NCBI GenBank assembly: GCA_040218735.1
Contig: JAVJQW010000008.1
Coordinates: 64,001 to 128,000 of the forward strand
Origin: Deltaproteobacteria bacterium
Lineage (GTDB): Bacteria; Myxococcota; Kuafuiibacteriia; Kuafuiibacteriales; Kuafuiibacteriaceae
Direction: 5' to 3'
Length of the DNA stretch: 64,000 nt
Shown: positions 59,728 through 64,000 of the stretch, in pieces
Layout: each line of letters opens with the position of its first letter
How positions within the stretch are numbered: the stretch's first letter is position 1
Made by a program: the position numbers and the translations under genes
Notes under the pieces: model-generated
The model's database searches: none
What the model was told of the DNA's origin: nothing
Seen by the model: only the letters and a program-made list of their open reading frames with translations

Positions 59728-61836
59728 TCAGTTCGGGTGGCACCCGTCCCCACCGCACACGTCGATGATCTCACCCGTCCTCAGGAACGTGGTCATCTGA
59801 ACGTTGTGGGCGGCGTCTCGGCGCGGCAGCCCGTGCGGGTCGTCGCCGTCGGTCGGCGGCAGGTTGCCGGGCTCGGGCCACGCGTTACCGAAGTCCCAGA
59901 GCACGACGCCCGACCCGGTGTGCGGATACGTCGCGGGCACCACCCCCCACACCGTGCGCTCGTCGTCGTAGTCCTCGAGGATCCGAACGCCCACGTCGGA
60001 GCGGGCGATGATCTCGTTCGTCACGACGGCGACCTGGTGGTCCCCCTTCGCCGGCCCGAGCAGCACCTCGTGCGACGGCGTGTTGGGGAACGGCGACTGC
60101 TTGATGTGCCGGTAGTGGCTCAGCGAATCGGTGCTGTCCCAGAGCAGCTGAACCGCCGCGAGCAGCACGGCCTGGTCCTTCGTGTCCGGGTAGGCCTCCG
60201 CGATCATCGTGAAGAACGGCGTGAAGTCGACGGAGCGGTGGAGCAGCGTCGAGTAGTTCGCGCCCGGCACGCCGAGGTGTCCGCGGGTGACGTCGGTCGA
60301 CAGCGCCATGTAGGTCGCGCCGAAGATGCCGCCCTGCGAGATGCCTTCGTAGTGGAAGTCGGAGGTGTCGATGTCGACGCCGACGTCGATGAGTGGCTGA
60401 AGCGTCGTGATGCGACCGCGCATCGCGCGGCCGAGGACCAGCGCGTCGATCATGCCCTGGTGAAGGGTGTCGGCGATCCACTCGAAGCCCGAGAGCGTCC
60501 GCACCGCGATGCCGACCGCGAGCTGCATGTCCGTGTCGAAGCCGGTCCAGTTGGTGCCGAAGTAGATCCACCCGTGGGTGTTCGCGACCTCCGCGTTGTG
60601 GCCGGCCCAAGTCTGCGAACCGCTGCCGAGCAGCCCGTGGCCGTACTGCAGGATGCCGTGGGTTCGCGTGGACGTCGCTGAGTGCGGCACGAGCATCCAC
60701 CAGTCGATCTGGTGGTTGCCGTCGCGCACGGGCATCCCGTCGCCGTCGCGGTTGAGCACCGTGCTCGTGAAGCCGGAGATCGACTTGGGTCCGAGGTAGT
60801 TCGGAACGGAGAGCGTACCGCGGATGCGCAGGCGGGTGTGTTCGTTGACCGGGAGGCCGCTCTTGTCGGCGACCGGGACGAACTCCTCCACCGTGGTCAC
60901 CGTGAGCGGGGGTCCGTCGGTGCCGACGATACCCAGCGCTTCGTCGCGCATCGCGAGGAGCGGTCCGTGCATCGCCTCGCTGCTCGCGGTGGTGAAGTCC
61001 CACGCGAGCTGCACGTCGTCGGTGTCGACGCCGGCGCGGCTGAGCTCGTTCCACATCGTGTCGAACGCTGCCTGGCGCGGCGCGAGCTGCGGGTCATTTG
61101 CCGTGTCTTGGGCGGCGAGTCGCGCGAAGGCGTCGCTGCGCGGGTAGACGGTACCGTTGGTGTCGGCGAGGCCGCGGACCGCGACGACGTAGCGCGACGC
61201 TTCGCGGAGGATCACCGCGGGGCGAACGAACAGGACGCGGTTCGCGGCGTCGGCTTCGTTGCCGTCGAGCTCGGCCCAGTAGGGGACGCGGACGAGTCCG
61301 CCCTTGCCGCCGGCGCGGAAGAGGAGGATCTCGGCGTCCGCGTCGAGGGACGCGCCGATGTCGTTCTCGTCGGGGAGATTCGTCGCGTCGAGGTCCGCGA
61401 AGTGCATCATGATCGGCTGGCCGGGGCCGTAGCCGTCGAGGCGTCGGTAGGGCTCGGGATCGATCTGTTGCCCGACGAGGTTCACCGCGAGGGAGGTCTC
61501 GCCGAACGCGAGTGTGTACCCGGTGACACGATCGCCGTCCTCCTCCAGGTAGAGGTTCGACGGCCACGGGAAGCTGCACACCGACGGCATCAGCGGATCG
61601 CAGTCGAGGTTCGGTCCGCCGTCCGGGGTGCCGCCGTCGCGGACGACGCCGCCGTCGCGGAAACCACCGTCGGGCGCGCTCCCCGCGTCTGCGAAGCCAC
61701 CGTCGCGCGGTGTGTCGCCGGCGTCGCGGACGCTGGAACCCGCGTCGCGCTCGGGCGTCGTCGTGTCGTCGTCGTCGCCGCCGCTGCAGGCGATCAGGGA
61801 GAGGAGGGCGAGGGGGGTGAAGTGAACGAGCCGCAC
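59728..61836 (-). CDS. Lipoprotein, alpha/beta-hydrolase (lipase-like)
   Basis: LIAC lipobox; YGHGLLG; GISQGG nucleophile elbow; GDHQV; DPH. Confidence 0.75.
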   Translation of the reverse strand: MRLVHFTPLALLSLIACSGGDDDDTTTPERDAGSSVRDAGDTPRDGGFADAGSAPDGGFRDGGVVRDGGTPDGGPNLDCDPLMPSVCSFPWPSNLYLEEDGDRVTGYTLAFGETSLAVNLVGQQIDPEPYRRLDGYGPGQPIMMHFADLDATNLPDENDIGASLDADAEILLFRAGGKGGLVRVPYWAELDGNEADAANRVLFVRPAVILREASRYVVAVRGLADTNGTVYPRSDAFARLAAQDTANDPQLAPRQAAFDTMWNELSRAGVDTDDVQLAWDFTTASSEAMHGPLLAMRDEALGIVGTDGPPLTVTTVEEFVPVADKSGLPVNEHTRLRIRGTLSVPNYLGPKSISGFTSTVLNRDGDGMPVRDGNHQIDWWMLVPHSATSTRTHGILQYGHGLLGSGSQTWAGHNAEVANTHGWIYFGTNWTGFDTDMQLAVGIAVRTLSGFEWIADTLHQGMIDALVLGRAMRGRITTLQPLIDVGVDIDTSDFHYEGISQGGIFGATYMALSTDVTRGHLGVPGANYSTLLHRSVDFTPFFTMIAEAYPDTKDQAVLLAAVQLLWDSTDSLSHYRHIKQSPFPNTPSHEVLLGPAKGDHQVAVVTNEIIARSDVGVRILEDYDDERTVWGVVPATYPHTGSGVVLWDFGNAWPEPGNLPPTDGDDPHGLPRRDAAHNVQMTTFLRTGEIIDVCGGDGCHPN

Positions 61837-61893
61837 GCGCGAAGTTCTAGCGCATCACCGAGGCCGCGGCGAGCCGTTCGGAATTCGTTCGGG

Positions 61894-63075
61894 TCACAAG
61901 CGCGCCGCGACCGAGGCGCCGACGAGGTGGACGGCGCCGTCGTATTGCACCGTCGACGTCGACTCACTCGTGCCGTCCGAGCCGGTGAACAGCACGAACT
62001 GGTAGCCGAGATCCACGCGCACCTGCTCGATCAACTTCAGGCCTGCGCCCGCCGTCAGGCCGACGCGCGCCGAATCGGGTGAGCCCGGGCCGACGGTCTG
62101 CGACGGCACCGGCGAAGGATCGAAGTAGGCGCCCGCCCGTACGTCGAGGAAGTCGAGCACCGCGTAGCGCGCGCCGACCCGCGGCGTGAGCGTGGTCTTC
62201 CAGTTTCGGAGCTGCTCGATGTCGTCGGTTTCCTCGGACGCGAAGTCGAGATCCAGGCGGTCGACGGTGCTCCAGAGCGTCAGCTCGAGATCCGCGAGGA
62301 CCTCCCAGTCCTTCGCCGGACGGTAGCGCGCGCCGAGGCGGAATCGATCCGGCAGCGTCACCGACGTCGAGATCGCACCGTCCTGCACACGACCGGAGAA
62401 CTCCGGCGGCGCCTCGAAGTCCGCGAAGCCTTCGAACGACAGCTTCGTCCGCGACGCGTACGACAGGCCGACGTCGAGCGCGGCGAAGGGGCGCGCGAAC
62501 ACCGAAGCGCTCACGCCGATGCCGTTCGCCTGGGTCTCGATCGCCGCCGTGCCCTCGGTGTCGACGAAGTCGATCGACCGCACGAACCCGAGCTTCGCCG
62601 TGTCGAAGTGCGGGCCGACCGCGAACGAGAGGAATTCATACCGTCCGCTCAAGAAGGCCGACGCGCGGACAACGCGCATCTGCGCCGACCGCAGATCGAA
62701 GCGCCCTTCCCAGTACTCCGGCCACTCGACCTGCGACCCGAACGGCACCGTCACCGACGCGCCGATGCCGAACCGCTCGCCCATGAAGCGCACGTGCAGG
62801 TGCGGCGGGAGCGAGACGTCGCCGGACTTCGCGGAGAAGCCGTCCCCCGTCGCGGAGAGCGACGGCGCGGCGATCACCACGCCGAGCGAGGCGGCGAGGC
62901 CGGGTGACATCATTCCCGCCGCGGCGTTGTAGGTGTTGGCGCCCGGGTCCTCGGCGTTCGCCGCGCCCGCGCCGCCGACGCCCATCGCGGCGACGCTCTG
63001 GTCCGTCGTCGACCAACCGGCGCCGAGCGCGACGCCAGGGAACAACAGGAGGCTCGTGACGATGTACTTCTTCAT
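61894..63075 (-). CDS. FadL/OmpP1/TodX-family outer-membrane fatty-acid transporter
   Basis: AG..QSVAAMGVGGAG..DP..YN.A hatch; PFG..W; PDS; beta barrel. Confidence 0.88.
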   Translation of the reverse strand: MKKYIVTSLLLFPGVALGAGWSTTDQSVAAMGVGGAGAANAEDPGANTYNAAAGMMSPGLAASLGVVIAAPSLSATGDGFSAKSGDVSLPPHLHVRFMGERFGIGASVTVPFGSQVEWPEYWEGRFDLRSAQMRVVRASAFLSGRYEFLSFAVGPHFDTAKLGFVRSIDFVDTEGTAAIETQANGIGVSASVFARPFAALDVGLSYASRTKLSFEGFADFEAPPEFSGRVQDGAISTSVTLPDRFRLGARYRPAKDWEVLADLELTLWSTVDRLDLDFASEETDDIEQLRNWKTTLTPRVGARYAVLDFLDVRAGAYFDPSPVPSQTVGPGSPDSARVGLTAGAGLKLIEQVRVDLGYQFVLFTGSDGTSESTSTVQYDGAVHLVGASVAARL

Positions 63076-64000
63076 GGCATCTCTCCGCGACCGAGCAGAC
63101 GCGCGATGTCCCGCACGCCGACGATGTACGCAGGCTCGACGGGGATCACGAGGAAGCCGTGCTCACCGATGTAGTCCTTCTTGGGCACGCCCGACAGCTC
63201 GGCGAGCCGCTCCGTCGTGACGTTGGGGATGATCAGATCGAGCGTCGCCATCTGGATGAGCACCTGCCGCGGAGGCAGCGGGCCCATCGTGTCGAACGAT
63301 CGATTCAGTAGAAACGGCGCGAACGTGTGCGGGTCGACCGGGTCCGTGATCCAGCGACCGATGTTCAACACCTGCTCGTGTTCGTCGCTCCCGTACTCGA
63401 TCTCCTCGCGGACGAGCAGCGCATCGAGGTGCGACTGGAACACCGTCGACTCGCGGAACAGGTCGATCAGATCCGACCCCGGCACGTTGAGCACCGAACG
63501 CTGGATGTCCGGGTGCACCGCCGTGAACAGCGCGCCGTTGATCCCGCCTAGGCTCTGCCCCACGTAGCGGATGTCCGGGTCGATGTCGTAGCCGATCGCC
63601 TCGCGCCAGTTCCCTTCGCGGAGCGAACGCAGCAATGCAGACAGATCCGTCACCGACTGATGGAAGTGATCGCGCGTGCCGTTCATCGAGCTCACATCGA
63701 CGAACGCCGCGCCCGACGCCTGCGGGAAGCCGACGATCGGCCAGTCGTCGAGCGCGTTGCCCTCGCCGTTGCTGTCGACGCAGCGTCCGTCCGGCGAGCA
63801 CTCCGTCCCGCGCTCACACGGGTTCGGGCAGATCATGTCGCCGCCCTGATCGCGTGGGTTCACGAAGCACTGCGGCCCGCTCCACGCGCAGTGCGAGCGG
63901 AGCCCGTGGTACGGCATGTCCACCGAGATGACCGCCATCCCCTCGCCCGCGAGCGCGTCGGCGATCGCGAGGACGAAGCGCCGCTCGGTCATCAGCCCGT
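63072..64000 (-). CDS. Lipase-like alpha/beta-hydrolase (partial, starts beyond the right edge)
   Basis: DMPYHG, RDHFHQSVTD, GQSLGGI, D..IPN, EHGFL. Confidence 0.8.
   Translation of the reverse strand, partial: GLMTERRFVLAIADALAGEGMAVISVDMPYHGLRSHCAWSGPQCFVNPRDQGGDMICPNPCERGTECSPDGRCVDSNGEGNALDDWPIVGFPQASGAAFVDVSSMNGTRDHFHQSVTDLSALLRSLREGNWREAIGYDIDPDIRYVGQSLGGINGALFTAVHPDIQRSVLNVPGSDLIDLFRESTVFQSHLDALLVREEIEYGSDEHEQVLNIGRWITDPVDPHTFAPFLLNRSFDTMGPLPPRQVLIQMATLDLIIPNVTTERLAELSGVPKKDYIGEHGFLVIPVEPAYIVGVRDIARLLGRGEMP

Overview
High-GC (~70%) bacterial DNA that looks like Myxococcota/Deltaproteobacteria (many Ser/Thr kinases, a MYXO-CTERM motif, 'DAG' lipoprotein linkers). About 48 coding genes; no rRNA, tRNA or CRISPR array was seen. 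Main blocks: (i) kinases, an amidase and a thiolase (1-8.1 kb); (ii) an island (8.2-20.7 kb) where a coupled three-gene operon (AddB-like, AddA-like with an extra C-terminal domain, RelE-like/UvrD helicase) lies between two ~1.5 kb direct repeats, each carrying an HNH gene with conserved non-coding flanks, followed by an inverted third remnant; (iii) a heme-copper oxidase cluster (20.7-34.9 kb) whose subunit I lacks the canonical K-channel Thr/Lys and whose second subunit III gene lies about 5.5 kb away; (iv) envelope and signalling genes (MMPL, pilin, orphan Dam-type methylase, HAF-repeat lipoprotein, a fibre with ~236 collagen triplets, Ig-like lipoprotein); (v) a VOC-ArsR operon with a palindromic operator and a lipase/FadL cluster. 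All calls come from reading motifs by eye; no database search was run.
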